DNA of 64,000 nucleotides from Eledone cirrhosa (GCA_964016885.1 OZ024749.1:30752001-30816000); one strand, 5' to 3'. Shown: positions 13,142 to 27,362, numbered from the stretch's first letter. A program made the numbers and translations. The notes: generated from the sequence alone by a model not told the origin.

Positions 13142-13399
13142 CGTGAGTGTACAATAAAACCAAATACGATTTCAAATTATCTTATCTTTCACATTAAAAA
13201 TATTTTCCATGAGTATTTCGGAGTAATACGAAGATCTATAATGAATATTTCACTGTTTCACGTATTCTGTGTTATAACAATATCCTGGAAATACATAAGT
13301 ACGGAGTACAATGATCTGGCTAGGGAATCTGGCTGGAGAATGTTGTTATAGTAAAGTTAAGCAGAGTTTGGTTGTAAAATCGACAATGATGTTGAAAGG

Positions 13400-13862
13400 T
13401 TCCTAGTCGGACCAAGATACTCTCATGGAATGAATAAAAGAGGTATGTATTTCAACATGCTCACGGGAATTAATCAATGCAGTTAATTGAAGAGTTGAAA
13501 TTAATGCATGCACGATTTCACAACCCTAGCATCACTCCTTCATAGGCTGACCAAGATACTCTCAAGTTATGACCAAATAAGGTTTATTTTTCAACATAGT
13601 TCCTGGAATTAAACAATGCAGTTATTAATTTAAGAGTTGAAATTAATGCAAGTACGATTTCACAACCATAGCATCACTCCTTCATAGGTTGACCAAGATA
13701 TTCTCAACGTATTACCAAATAAGGTTTATTTTTTAAACATAATCCCTGGAATGAAACAATGCAGTTATTAATAAGACCAATGGATATTATAACATGCAAA
13801 ATTTCACAGCTTTAGCGTCACTCGTTCATAAGGAACCTATAAACCTTTCAACCAATCCACGT
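13400..13862. repeat. Three diverged ~140-bp tandem units derived from a mariner-like MITE
   Basis: gaccaagata restarts at ~13410, 13549 and 13691. Shares ttcataggctgacc and gttgaaattaatgca..gatttcacagc with ~12130-12230, 33840-34005 and 36585-36798. Confidence 0.65.
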
Positions 13863-14397
13863 AGAAGAGATGAAAGGATGAGAAAGGAACATTTGCAATT
13901 CAATATTTGAAACTTCTATCAATTGAAAGTTATCTAATATTTACTGAGTAAAACGTTTGAACTCCTATACATATATTTATTATTACTAAATACATGAGAG
14001 TGAACCTATCGGGATATGATATCTGCAATATATTTTCTTATCATAGTGTTATTTAATCAGGGCTGAGAGCATTGAAAAGTCAAATAGCGATGACATGTGC
14101 GTGCATACACATACACATACACACACAAATAAACACCAACCCACACAACTGTACACAAACGCCTGTCATATAAAGGTATACATATAAAGTTATACATACG
14201 TACACACATATATATATATACATATATATATTGGCTGCCAATACTGGAATTGAACTATCAATACATTTGAGGTATGTCATACATCAATTCATGTATTTCG
14301 TATGACGAGGGCGTACTGAAAAAACAGCACAGTACCTTCGAAATATATATAATAAAACATATTTTGATTATGTGAATGTCTTTATTTATAATTATTC

Positions 14398-14488
<91 letters not shown>

Positions 14489-14609
14489 TTATATATTATA
14501 TGTATAAATAAATATATATAAATATAATTGTTTCTACTTTAGGCACAAGGCAAGCAATACCCAGTACATTACTGGTACTTTATTTTATCGACCCCGTAAA
14601 TATATATAT

Positions 14610-15345
14610 ATATAATGAAAAGTAAGTTAATTTTTTAAATTTTTTTTAAAATTTTCTTATTTTACGTCTTTTATATTATTGTTCTGCATCCTCCTGCATT
14701 GAACCACCTAGGTACTATGACATAACCTGTGTATTTGTTAGTATTAGCGTACATCTGTACGCATATGTTAGTAGATATACTAAATTCTCTATATTTATCT
14801 CCAAATTACTTATTTGTCGAACAAACCTGCCAAAACCACTACTAATTTATTGGTGTGATAGTAGGCTTCTGTCATCTTACCATCCCACTCCTACCGACTA
14901 GCCTCAGTGTCACGTGATTGATTCTTTAGAATCTGCCATTTGACCAGCGACAGCGAGCTTTTCAGTACATGGAATCCAGTCCCCGCTAGCTGTTCCATCT
15001 ACCGAATTATTATTATTTTTATATGAGTCCCCAGTGTCCGCGCATTGCCTGGCGACTTAGCTGAGAATAGACTCCCTGATGACGCAATGAATTCTCGACA
15101 GTTGGATTACGTAACTGTCTTTATCCCATTGCAGAAACTAATTAGTTGGAGTGAACATTTTAGTAAGTAAGTAATTTTAAAAAATGTTTTTTAAATTTTC
15201 TTATTTTACGTCTTTTATATTATTGTTCTGCATCCTCCTGCATTGAACTACCTAGGTACTATGAGATAACCTGTGTATTTGCTAGCATTAGCCTACATCT
15301 GTACGCATATGTTAGTAGATATACTAAATTCTCTATATATTTATA
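14610..15345 (+). mobile_element. Hammerhead-bearing module with direct terminal redundancy (monomer ~544 nt)
   Basis: ~14620-14795 repeats at ~15165-15340, with a hammerhead just before the second copy. Flanked by (TA)n. Confidence 0.8.
15071..15152 (+). ncRNA. Type I hammerhead ribozyme
   Basis: actcc-CTGATGA-c-gcaatg...cattgc-a-GAAA-ctaattag-TT-ggagt: 5-bp stem I, long stem II (internal gacagtt/aactgtc), palindromic stem III ACTAATTAGT. Confidence 0.85.
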
Positions 15346-15394
15346 TACATATATATATATTTATATAGTGTGTGTGTATATATATATTGTCAGT

Positions 15395-15913
15395 TCACCA
15401 GTTGGTGCTACTGGTAACATGTATCCCAGTACAACCTGGCTCATGGTCGGGTCGTTGGCGACTAAACTGGCAACCCCACCAAGGTTTCTTGGTGAGGAGG
15501 GTGACTTTGGACATCCTGCAGGACTAAAAACAAAACCTGTCAAGGGGAAAAGGAGCTCTTAAGAGTCAATGGCCATCCAAAATCACCGGGAGAGATGACC
15601 CCCTTAGCCTTCTTGTTTTTGATAAATACATCTCGGTTAAGAGAGTGGGACTGGCTTTGTGCAGTGCCTTTGCTCACTATAAAAGCTCCACGACACAGAC
15701 ATTGCTTTATATCTGGAGATCTCTCTGCACTTGTAATCACATGGTATCATGGGCCCAGCACTATGTGTCAGTAATTGTCACAAGTGTAGTGTTTGTACCA
15801 GAGTTTTCAAGTCGCTGGCTGGACTAAAAAGTCACACTCGTTCAGTGCATCGGTAGGGGTTCTCCTACATCGATATAAAGTAGTGGCCGTACTCGAAAAC
15901 GAGTTGGCTGCCA

Positions 15914-15917
<4 letters not shown>
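15395..15917 (+). mobile_element. Non-autonomous RTE-derived element (5' UTR fused to 3' end), internally deleted copy
   Basis: 3' part encodes [23 protein letters not shown] (C2H2) followed by an ACTCGAAAACGAGT stem-loop. Homologs at 16779 and 27525. Confidence 0.75.
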
Positions 15918-16006
<89 letters not shown>

Positions 16007-16601
16007 TATACATATATAAATATATATATAAGATATATCCAATAGGATGTAGCATTTTAATATACATCTGTTCGCCAACTTAGTAACGTTCAAACGCTTT
16101 TCTTTTTATTCAGCGTAAAAGTGTTTATTGTACACATTAAGGTTTCAGCAAAATATTTTGTCAACCATTTTTTTTTTAGATTTCTTGGTTTTATACTCAA
16201 ACGCTGTTTAATCACCTCTTAAATCGTTCGATTAGATTCGTTTTTACCTATAAACAGAGGCACGCTCAGACAGACACACGCACATTCACCAAGGCACATC
16301 TCGACCGACAGACAGATAGACATATACTTATGTCTGTGTATAGTTATGTTTCAATGTATGCATATATGTATGTATGTATTTATGTATATATATATATATA
16401 TGTATGTGTATGTATGTATGTATTTATGTATATAATATATGTATATGTATGTATGTATGCATGTATGCATGTATCTATGTATGCGTGTTTGTATGTATGA
16501 ATGCATATATGTATGTATTTAGTTTTGTATGTATGAATGCATATATGTATGCATCTAGGTTTGTATCTATGTATGTATATATGAACGTATGTATGTATGT
16601 A

Positions 16602-16714
16602 TCTTATCTCTTTCTTTTAATTTCGTGTATATGTTTTTGACCGGCCACCTTCCTGGTGGCAAGGTTGTAAAAGAAAATAAATTGTCATCCCTTAAATCGC
16701 AAGAATGTTTTGCA

Positions 16715-16716
<2 letters not shown>
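16602..16716 (-). mobile_element. R4/Dong-like LINE 3' tip in (TATG)n
   Basis: Matches the 3' end of 26258-27362. Flanked by (GTAT)n. Confidence 0.8.
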
Positions 16717-16745
<29 letters not shown>

Positions 16746-16778
16746 TGTATGTATGTATGTATGTATGTATGTATGTAT

Positions 16779-17376
16779 GTCACCTCTTGGTGCTACTGGT
16801 TACATGTATCCCAGTACAACCTGTCTCATGGTCGGGTCGTTGGCGACTAAACTGGCAACCCCACCAAGGTTTCTTGGTGAGGAGGGTGACTTTGGACATC
16901 CTGCAGGACTAAAAACAAAACCTGTCAAAGGGCAGAGGAGCTCTTAAGAGTCAATGGCAATCCAAAATCACCGGGAGTGATGACCCCTTAGCCTTTGTCA
17001 AGGCAGAATTCTAGGAGAAGGAAAACTCTGATATAACACCTGCAACCCTGATGGTATCCAATGATGTTGACTTGTTCTTCTTTTTGGTAAATATGATCTT
17101 GGTTAAGAGAGTGGGACTGGCTTTGTGCAGTGCCTTTGCTCACTATAAAAGCTTCACGGCACAGTCATTGCTTTGTATCTGGAGATCTCTCTGCACTTGT
17201 CGTCACATGGTACCATGTACACTGTGTCAATAATTGTCACAAGTGTAGTGTTTGTGTCAGAGTTTTCAAGTCGCTGGCTGGACTAAAAAGTCACACTTGT
17301 TCAGCGCATTGGTAAGGGTTCTGCTACATGGATATAAAGTAGTGGCCGTACTCGAAAACGAGTTTGCAGCCACCAT
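16779..17376 (+). mobile_element. Non-autonomous RTE-derived element with (TGTA)n tail
   Basis: Contains the RTE-type 5' motif CTAGGAGAAGGAAAACTCTGA and a C2H2-encoding 3' end. Tail at 17376-17457. Confidence 0.8.
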
Positions 17377-17457
17377 GTATGTATGTATGTATGTATGTAT
17401 GTATGTATGTATGTATGTATGTATGTATGTATGTATGTGTGTATGTATGTATGTATG

Positions 17458-17822
17458 TTTTCTCTTTCTCTTAATTTCGAGTATATTTTTTTGACCGGCC
17501 ACCTTCCTGGTAGCAAGGTTGTAAAAGAAAAGAAATTGCCATCCCTTGAATCACAAGAATGTTTTGCATATTTTGAAGGTGCCAGCTATCGCAGCCATTT
17601 GTAGACTATGAATTAGGGAGCTGCGCTTTTTGTCCGCAAATCCAAGTTCGGTCATACTTTGGTCCAAGCGGGTTGGTATATAACCCGTAGCACCAATAAT
17701 GATGGGTATGAAGCTAAAGGTGTATCTTGGATACTGGATTTGTAAGCTCCTCATCAATGGTCCGTAGATGTCCTCCTTCTCCTGTATTTTTCTGACAACG
17801 TTTACATCAAGTGGGCAGCTAT
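17458..17822 (-). mobile_element. R4/Dong-like LINE 3' fragment (RLE domain C-terminus)
   Basis: SCPLDVNVVRKIQEKEDIYGPLMRSLQIQYPRYTFSFIPIIIGATGYIP. Flanked by (GTAT)n. Confidence 0.85.
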
Positions 17823-17949
17823 CTAGGTTTGTATGTATGTATGAATATATGTATGTATATATGTACGTATGTATGTGTATGAGTGTGCCTGTTTGTATAT
17901 CGAGGTAGATAAACAGTGAGACAGAGAAAGTGGAGTAGGGAGACTGTAT

Positions 17950-20250
17950 CATAGTGGTGGTGGTAGTGCGCGTGGTGATTATGGTGGTGATGATGGTGAA
18001 AGTAGTGGTGATGGTGATAGTGGTGGTGATGTTATTGGTGTTGATGGTTGTGTTGGTGGTGGTGCTGGTTGTGTTGGAGGTTCTAGTGGTGATATTGGTG
18101 GTGGTGATGGTTGTGTTGGTGGTGGTGCTGGTGGTGGTGCTGGTTCTGTTGGTGGTGGTGCTGGTTGTGTTGGTGGTTGTAGTGGTGATGTTGGTGGTGC
18201 TGGTTGTGTTGGTGGTGATGGTGGTGGTGGTGGTGGTGATGGTTGTGTCGGTGGTGATGGTGGTGGTGGTGGTGGTGCTGGTTGTGTTGGAGGTTGTAGT
18301 GGTGATGTTGGTGGTGCTGGTTGTGTTGGTGGTGATGGTGGTGGTGGTGGTGATGGTTGTGTTGGAGGTTGTAGTGGTAATGTTGGTGGTGCTGGTTGTG
18401 TTGGTGATGATGGTGGTGGTGTTGGTGATGGTTGTGTTGGTGGTGATGGTTGTGTTGGAGGTGATGCTGGTGGTGATGATGGTGGTGGTGGTGATGGTTG
18501 TGTTGGTGGTGATGGTTGTGTTGGAGGTGATGCTGGTGGTGATGGTGGTGGTGGTGGTGATGGTTGTGTTGGTGGTGATACTGGTTGGGTTCGTGGTTGT
18601 AGTGGTGATGTTGGTGGTTGTAGTGGTGATGTTGGTGGTGCTAGTTGTGTTGGTGGTGATGGTGGTGCTGGTTGTGTTGGTGGTTGTAGTGGTGATGTTG
18701 GTGGTGCTGGTTGTGTCGGTGGTGATGGTGGTGGTGGTGGTGGTGATGGTTGTGTTGGAGGTTGTAGTGGTGATGTTGGTGGTGCTGGTTGTGTTGGTGG
18801 TAATGGTGGTGGTGGTGGTGTTGGTGATGGTTGTGTTGGTGGTGGTGCAGGTTGTGTTGATGGTGACGGTGGTGTGGTGATAGTGGTGGTTGTGTTGGTG
18901 GTGATGGTGGTGGTAGTGATGGTTGTGTTGGTGGCGACGGTGGTGGTGGTGGTGGTGCTGGTTGTGTTGGTGGTGGTGTTGGTGGTGGTGGTGATGGTAA
19001 TGGTCTTGTTGTAGGTTGTGACCATGGTTGTAGTTGTAGTTGTGTTTGTTTTTGGTGGCGGTAGTGGTGCTGATGTTGGTGTCGGTGCTGGTGGTGTTGC
19101 CGATGGTGGTTGTGATCGTGGTCTTGATGGTGGTGTTGGTGATGTTGGTTGTGATGATGGTGGTGGTGGTGTTGCTGATGGTTGTGTTGGCGGTGGTGTT
19201 GGTGATGGTTGTGTTGGCGGTGGTGTTGGTGATCATGGGTGTATTAGTGGTTGTGAAGGTGGTGTTGGTGCTGGAGGTTGTGTCGGTGGTGGTGCTGGTC
19301 CTGTTGGTGATGGTGGTTTTCATCTTGGTTGTAGTAGTGTTTGTGTTGCTGATTGTAGTTGTGACGGTGGTGGAGTTGATGGTTGTGTTGGTGCTTTTGC
19401 TGGTGACGGTGGGTGTATTGACGGTGGTGCCGGTGGTGTTGGTGATGATGGTTGTGCTGTGATGGTGGTTGTGATGATTGTGTCATTGATGGTGGGTGTG
19501 ATGGTTGTGTCGGTGATGTTGGGTGTATTGGTGGTTGTATTGGTGGTGGTGCCGGTGGTGTTGGGGATGATGGTTGTGCTGTGATGGTGGTTGTGATGGT
19601 TGTGTCATTGATGGTGGGTGTGATGGTTGTGTCGGTGATGTTGGGTGTATTGGTGGTTGTATTGGTGGTGGTGCCGGTGGTGTTGGGGATGATGGTTGTG
19701 CTGTGATGGTGGTTGTGATGGTTGTGTCATTGATGGTGGTTGTGATGGTTGTGTCGGTGATGTAGGGTGTATTGGTGGTTGTATTGGTGGTGGTGCCGGT
19801 GGTGTTGGGGATGATGGTTGTGCTGTGATGGTGGTTGTGATGGTTGTGTCATTGATGGTGGTTGTGATGGTTGTGTCGGTGATGTTGGGTGTATTGGTGG
19901 TTGTATTGGTGGTGATGCCGGTGGTGTTGGGGATGATGGTTGTGCTGTGATGGTGGTGTTGGGGATGATGGTTGTACTGTGATGGCGGTTGTGATGGTTG
20001 TGTCATTGATGGTGGTTGTGATGGTTGTGTCGATAACGGTGGGTGTATTGGTGGTGGTGCCGGTGGTGTTGGTGATGATGGTTGTGCTGTGATGGTGGTT
20101 GTGATGATTGTGTCATTGATGGTGGTTGTGATGGTGTGTCGGTGATGGTGGTTGTGATGATTGTGTCATTGATGGTGGTTGTGATGGTTGTGTCGGTGAT
20201 GTTGGTTTGAAATGATGTGTGGTATTGGTGGTGGTGCTGGTGGTGCTGGT
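17950..20250. repeat. GGT/GTT-rich low-complexity satellite, including a 122-bp tandem unit at ~19440-20060
   Basis: Triplet-based repeats. Near-identical ORFs start 122 bp apart at 19452, 19574 and 19696. Confidence 0.9.
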
Positions 20251-20391
20251 GGAACCAGGTAAATGAAGTAATAAATATAAAGTGATGCTATTTGCCACTT
20301 CTATTGTCGGTGACAATACAACATCTAACATTGTATGGATTCCAACACAAATTAGAGAACATGGCGAGAGAGAAAGCAAGACAGTGAGAGG

Positions 20392-20481
<90 letters not shown>

Positions 20482-20630
20482 AGAGAGAGAATGTATACGA
20501 TGGAGATAGGGAGCGGGGCGAGAGGAAGTGAGATAGAAAGAGAAAATGTTATGGACATTAACAATAATATTTTCAACAGGAGGAAACAATTCCTCTCACT
20601 AACAGGAATTATCAGTGTTTAAGAGATAAG

Positions 20631-20678
<48 letters not shown>

Positions 20679-21029
20679 GTATATGTAACTCTGTTACATT
20701 AATGCCTATGTTTAATTTGAGATAGTTCGATAAACAAAGAAAAACGTGAGGTCACACACCACACACCCTTTCACAGAAACATATGTATAAGTTTATATGT
20801 ATGTGTGTGTGTATGCATAGAAATAGATGTCGAAATTTCAATTCACCACACTTCATTCGTAATCATACGTAATACGTGTTACGTAAATGACATGCTCGAA
20901 GCCACGACCATTTACCTAATAATTCTGTTCGGTAACAATTAAAAATTACAATCAAAACACGTATATCTTAATTAAATATACCGATTATCCAACACACGTC
21001 ATTTTATTGAATTGTAGAAAAGGATCTAC

Positions 21030-21255
21030 ATTGGCAGTATCGGTAGAGCGTCGGACAAGATGCCTTGCGATATATAGTTACATCCTTTTACGTTCCGAGT
21101 CCAAATCTCGGTAGGTTGAGCTTTGCTCTTCGTCCTTACGGTGTCGATAAAATGAAGTACCTGTAATACATTGGGGATCGATTTCATCGACTTTCTCCTC
21201 CACCTAAATGTCTTGACAATGGAAAGGCGCTCGTGCTCGAGTTAGAAGAGAACTA
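21030..21255 (+). mobile_element. tRNA-derived SINE, diverged near-full copy
   Basis: A-box-like TGGCAGTATCGG, decayed B box and Meta-like core. Confidence 0.7.
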
Positions 21256-21469
21256 TTGACCTTCAGGAGAAGTAGCAACCCCTGATTGTATTCAATATGA
21301 AGTACACCGAATATGAAGTACACCGAATCCAATGCTTCTATTGGGCGGCCCGTGTTCTTCACATTTGCGAGTGTAAACTCGGCCAGATTAGATTAGATTA
21401 GATTATGTATACATAGACAATTAAGGTAATCATGACCACGTAAATGAGAATATAAGTAAATAGAGAGAA

Positions 21470-21585
21470 TAATTGTTTCTACTTTTGGCACAAGGCCAGC
21501 AATTTTCCGAGAGCATTACTGGTACTTTATTTTATCGACACCGTAAGGATGAAAGGCAAAGTTAACCTCGGCGGGATTTGAACTA
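21470..21585 (-). mobile_element. tRNA-derived SINE, 3' part
   Basis: Near-identical to 8009-8124. Confidence 0.85.
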
Positions 21586-21818
21586 ATACTGTTTTTGGTA
21601 AAGGAAGGCTGATCTAGGATGACATCAAGGTGTAGCTTGAAGAAGAATATACAATGTTGGATGAAGACACAATCTATGAGGCATGTTGTGTTGTTATGCA
21701 GATATTTATGTAATACTAAATATCACTTCACAGGAGACACATCGGCAATAGCTTTCAAAATACTTATTTATTAAATATACAGTATATCTTTAGATATACG
21801 AAATTCACACGCACTCAA

Positions 21819-21850
<32 letters not shown>

Positions 21851-21936
21851 GTACTGTATGAACATATATAATGATAATAACACAATTAATCAGCAGGAGG
21901 AACGAGATATCAATATGACATCATTATTTTTATTCA

Positions 21937-22017
<81 letters not shown>

Positions 22018-22074
22018 TAGAAGGGGTATTTAATTTGTTGGAAATCCGACAAATATAAATGTTTATAACTGATT

Positions 22075-22240
<166 letters not shown>

Positions 22241-22351
22241 TATATATATTAAAATAACAGATTAAAGATTAAGCAAAGAATAGCGGCTTTCATCCTTAAC
22301 TGGATCTTCTTAACTCATTATATAAGTGTATATGCATTCATATATATATAC

Positions 22352-22424
<73 letters not shown>

Positions 22425-22639
22425 TATATTTATATATAGAATTGTATAATTTAAGAGTGATACAATAGATTAATATAAATACTCCCACACAACGAAATAT
22501 TTCGTGTTCCCTGTTCACCTTTTAATTGCGATCTATTGAAAATGTGTTGTATTCTATTTCTGCGTTGGTTGCTTAAAATTTTGAGAGACAATACATTCCA
22601 TGTTGAATGATGGTCGCCTTAATATCTTTACAACACGAC

Positions 22640-24850
22640 AGCTCTGTCTATAGTCACCTTTACACACACACAGGGCACACAACACAGTCTTACACCATCA
22701 TGCACTAACACAACACACTCATACAACAAAACACACTGACACGACATACACATACATAGGACAAGACACACTAACACGACATACACACACGTACACCAAC
22801 ACACAGTGACACGACATACACACACATAGAACAACACACATTGACACGAAATACACACACATACAACAACTCACACTAACACAACACACACATACAACAA
22901 CACATATTGACACGACATACACACACATAGAACAACACACACTAACACGACATACACACACGTACACCAACACACATTGACACGACATACACACACATAG
23001 AACAACACACATTGACACGAAATACACACACATACAACAACTCACACTAGCGCAACACACTCATACAACAACACACACTGACACGACATACACACACATA
23101 GAACAACACACACTAACACGACATACACACACGTACACCAACACACATTGACACGACATACACACACATAGAACAACACACACTAACACGACATACACAC
23201 ACGTACACCAACACACATTGACACGACATACACACACATAGAACAACACACATTGACACGAAATACACACACATACAACAACTCACACTAGCGCAACACA
23301 CTCATACAACAACACACACTGACACGACATACACACACATAGGACAAGACACACTAACACGACATACACACACGTACACCAACACACATTGACACGACAT
23401 ACACACACATAGAACAACACACATTGACACGAAATACACACACATACAACAACTCACACTAGCGCAACACACTCATACAACAACACACACTGACACGACA
23501 TAGACACACATAGAACAACACACACTAACACGACATACACACACGTACACCAACACACATTGACACGACATACACACACATAGAACAACACACACTAACA
23601 CGACATACACACACGTACACCAACACACATTGACACGACATACACACACATAGAACAACACACATTGACACGAAATACACACACATACAACAACTCACAC
23701 TAGCGCAACACACTCATACAACAACACACACTGACACGACATACACACACATAGGACAAGACACACTAACACGACATACACACACGTACACCAACACACA
23801 TTGACACGACATACACACACATAGAACAACACACATTGACACGAAATACACACACATACAACAACTCACACTAGCGCAACACACTCATACAACAACACAC
23901 ACTGACACGACATACACACACATAGAACAACACACACTAACACGACATACACACACGTACACCAACACACATTGACACGACATACACACACATAGAACAA
24001 CACACATTGACACGAAATACACACACATACAACAACTCACACTAGCGCAACACACTCATACAACAACACACACTGACACGACATACACACACATAGAACA
24101 ACACACACTAACACGACATACACACACGTACACCAACACACATTGACACGACATACACACACATAGAACAACACACATTGACACGAAATACACACACATA
24201 CAACAACTCACATTAACACAACACACTCATACAACAACACATATTGACACGACACACACACCCATAGAACAACACACATTGACACAACATACACACACGT
24301 ACACCAACACACATTGACTCGACACACACATACATACAACAACACACATTGACACGACATACACACACGTACAACAACACACACTGACACGACACACACA
24401 TACATACAACAACACACATTGACACGACATACACAGACATACAACAACACACACTGACACAAAACACACATGCATACAACAACACACATACATACAACAA
24501 CACACACTAACACGACATACACACACATACAACAATACACACTGACACGACATACACACACATACAACAACACACATTGACACGACATACACATAGATAC
24601 AACAACACACACTGACACAACACACACATAGAACGACACACATTGACACGACATACACACACATACAACAACACACATTGACACGACACACACATACAGC
24701 TACACACATTGACACGACATACACACTCATACAACAACACACACTGACACGACATACACGCACATACAACAAACACACTGACACGACATACACACACGCC
24801 AATCGACACACGTCACACCCATACAACAACACACACATACTCCAACACAC
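22640..24850. repeat. CA-rich minisatellite with ~22-bp subunits and higher-order periodicity
   Basis: Repeated acacacattgacacgacatacacac / agaacaac / gtacacc motifs. Identical blocks 412 bp apart (23061, 23473). Confidence 0.92.
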
Positions 24851-25292
24851 ATATACAGGTATACACCCAGACACATACATGACACGTGACACACATATAC
24901 TCCAAAAAATATACACGTATATACACAAAGACACGCACCAAAACACACACACAGAAATACATATGAATCACACGTACCTCAAGACACTCACACGCTTATA
25001 CACAGACATACCAAATATATAAACTAACACACATGCACAGGTATATTATACACACCCATACAAGCATTCACACACATGCACGCACACATCGCTTAAACGC
25101 CTGCTCAAAATCAAACAGTTAAACACTAAAGATAAACACGCAAACGTCACTTATATACGCATACACTGGTGCACAAGTAAAACGTAAATACGAATATACG
25201 TACATGCATACATATATGTTTATGTGTAAATAAATAAATAGATGAATATATATATATATATTCATATATATATATATATATATATATATTTT

Positions 25293-25327
<35 letters not shown>

Positions 25328-25345
25328 ATATATATATATTCATTC

Positions 25346-25383
<38 letters not shown>

Positions 25384-25389
25384 TCATTC

Positions 25390-25421
<32 letters not shown>

Positions 25422-25658
25422 GTAGAACACTGGAACGTAATATCCGTGGTGGTAGAGCTCTCAGTCCATGGGACGAGTTTGGTAGAAGTGGTTACACATG
25501 AGTTAGTTCACCATACCAAGAACAATTGTTTCACCTTCTATATATATTGGTAAACGGAAAAGAAAATACTGACAAATTGTTCACAGTGAAAAATAGTTTA
25601 ATTAGGAATAAGTGAGAATTAGTAATAGTATTAGTTAGTATTCAGTTTTGGTTTTAAG

Positions 25659-25694
25659 TTTTACCGGTTGCGCATTTCTAATGCTTTTCAAAAA
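25659..25694 (-). ncRNA. Minimal hammerhead-like motif, U3-A8 variant, with GAAA changed to GCAA
   Basis: rc: ttt-TTGAAAA-gcatt-aga-aatgc-GCAA-ccgg-TA-aaa. Confidence 0.55.
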
Positions 25695-25787
25695 TAATTT
25701 TGAGATAGATATAAATATACGGAAAAAATATAATCGAAAATGCAACTGGAGTCTTTTTTTTGTAAATATATATACATTTATTTGGTT

Positions 25788-25824
25788 CCTTTACCGGTTT
25801 CGCAGTTCTTCTTCTTTTCAAAAG
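25788..25824 (-). ncRNA. Minimal hammerhead, U3-A8 variant (family of 9058)
   Basis: rc: ctt-TTGAAAA-gaag-aagaa-ctgc-GAAA-ccgg-TA-aag, one stem II mismatch. Confidence 0.6.
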
Positions 25825-26257
25825 TAGAATTGAGATGGAGGGTTTGTACCACAAACCCCTCCATCTCAATTCTACATAACTATATATATATATAGAGAGA
25901 GAGAGATAACTGTTTCTGTATTCCTTAGAGAGGAGAGGCACCATTCATTGATTTTTTTCTGCCAATGTTGACGCTAGAATATTTCTGCTGAATCTCTCTC
26001 TCCTCCCCCTCTCTCTCTCCTCTCTCTCTCCTCTCTTTCTCTATCCCTGTCTCCTTATATCTCTCCCCATCTTTCTAGCATTCTTCGTTTTCCCCATTTC
26101 TTAATATGTATGTATGTTTTTGCGGTTTTATAATTTTATAAAAGAGAGAGAGAGTCGGTTTCTAACATAGACGCAATACTAGATATGTCTGCATGTCTGC
26201 AAGCTTGCATGTATGTGTGTGCAGGTATGGATGTATGTATGATTATTTGTATGTATG

Positions 26258-27362
26258 TTATCTCTTTCTCTTAATTTCGAGTATATTTTTTTGACCGGCC
26301 ACCTTCCTGGTGGCAATGTTGTAAAAGAAAAGAAATTGTCATCCCTTGAATTGCAAGAATGTTTTGCAAATTTTGAAGGTGCCAACTATCGCAGCCATTT
26401 GTAGACTATGATTTAGGGAGCTGCGCTCTTTGTCCGCAGATCCAAGTTCAGTCATACTTTGGTCCAAACGGGTTGGTATATAACCTGTAGCTCCAATAAT
26501 GATGGGTATGAAGCTAAATGTGTATCTTAGATACTGGATTTGCAAACTCCTCATCAATGGTCCGTAGATGTCCTCCTTCTCCTGTATTTTTCTGACAACG
26601 TTTATATCAAGTGGGCAGCTGATCCCCACAACAGAACACGTTTTCAATGTGTGGTCCCAAACAACAATATCAGGCCGGTTGTGCTTTAATTTGGTGGCAG
26701 TTTTTATTTTCAGGTTCCACCAGTATTCCTTAGTGCCATGTGTCTCAATATATTCTTCCTCGTTTGTTGTTAATTTTGTTTTGCGAAGTGCGTTCCAGAT
26801 GGTTTTAAGATGGTTTTAGCTATCTCATCGTGTCTCATGGGGAGGTAGTAGCGAGATGACATTTTTTCGCAGCTGGCAACAATGTGGCTTACATCCTCGA
26901 TTTTTGTTTTACATAGCCTACATTTATTGTCAGCTGATGGCCCACCCCTTTTGTGCAGCAGATATTTGGTAGGGAGTTCTTGTTCCTGTATTGCATATAG
27001 ATATCCCTCAAGGTGTGATGTCATAAACCTGTCGGAACTCCATGCCAGGCTTTTTGAGTGGTTTATCCCCTCTATGGTCTGTGTTTTACGTCTCAAGTAT
27101 CCATGCACAACCTTTTCTGTAAATTGGTCAATTTTTTCATCTTGTTTGAACATTGAATAGGATCTTCCGATTTCTCTGGTGAGAGAGATTTATATCAGGC
27201 TTTATGGCAGATCAGTGACTGTTCTAATGATATATTTGTTTTCATGCTCATAAACCTGGGCAAAATGGTTGCCACCCTTTTTCCTCTGTTGAAGGTGTTG
27301 CTTCAGTGTTACTATCCGGGTTTCATATGATGTTAATATGGATTTTAGACCCCGTCCACCTT
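26258..27362 (-). mobile_element. R4/Dong-clade (RLE) LINE 3' fragment
   Basis: EGYLYAIQEQELPTK, CRLC...EDVSHIVASC, RHD, HNRPDIVVWD and GATG are the CCHC finger plus PD-(D/E)xK restriction-like endonuclease. Frameshifted. (CATA)-type repeats at both ends. Confidence 0.88.

Noticed and set aside
17551-19323. 590-aa Thr-rich mucin-like ORF and overlapping Pro/Val-rich ORFs
   Set aside because: Stop-free triplet satellite open in several frames on both strands, fused by chance to an R4 LINE tail. No signal peptide or splice evidence.
22640-24850. Possible CRISPR-like array or Cys-rich protein
   Set aside because: CA-rich minisatellite without unique spacers, in a eukaryotic context with no cas genes.
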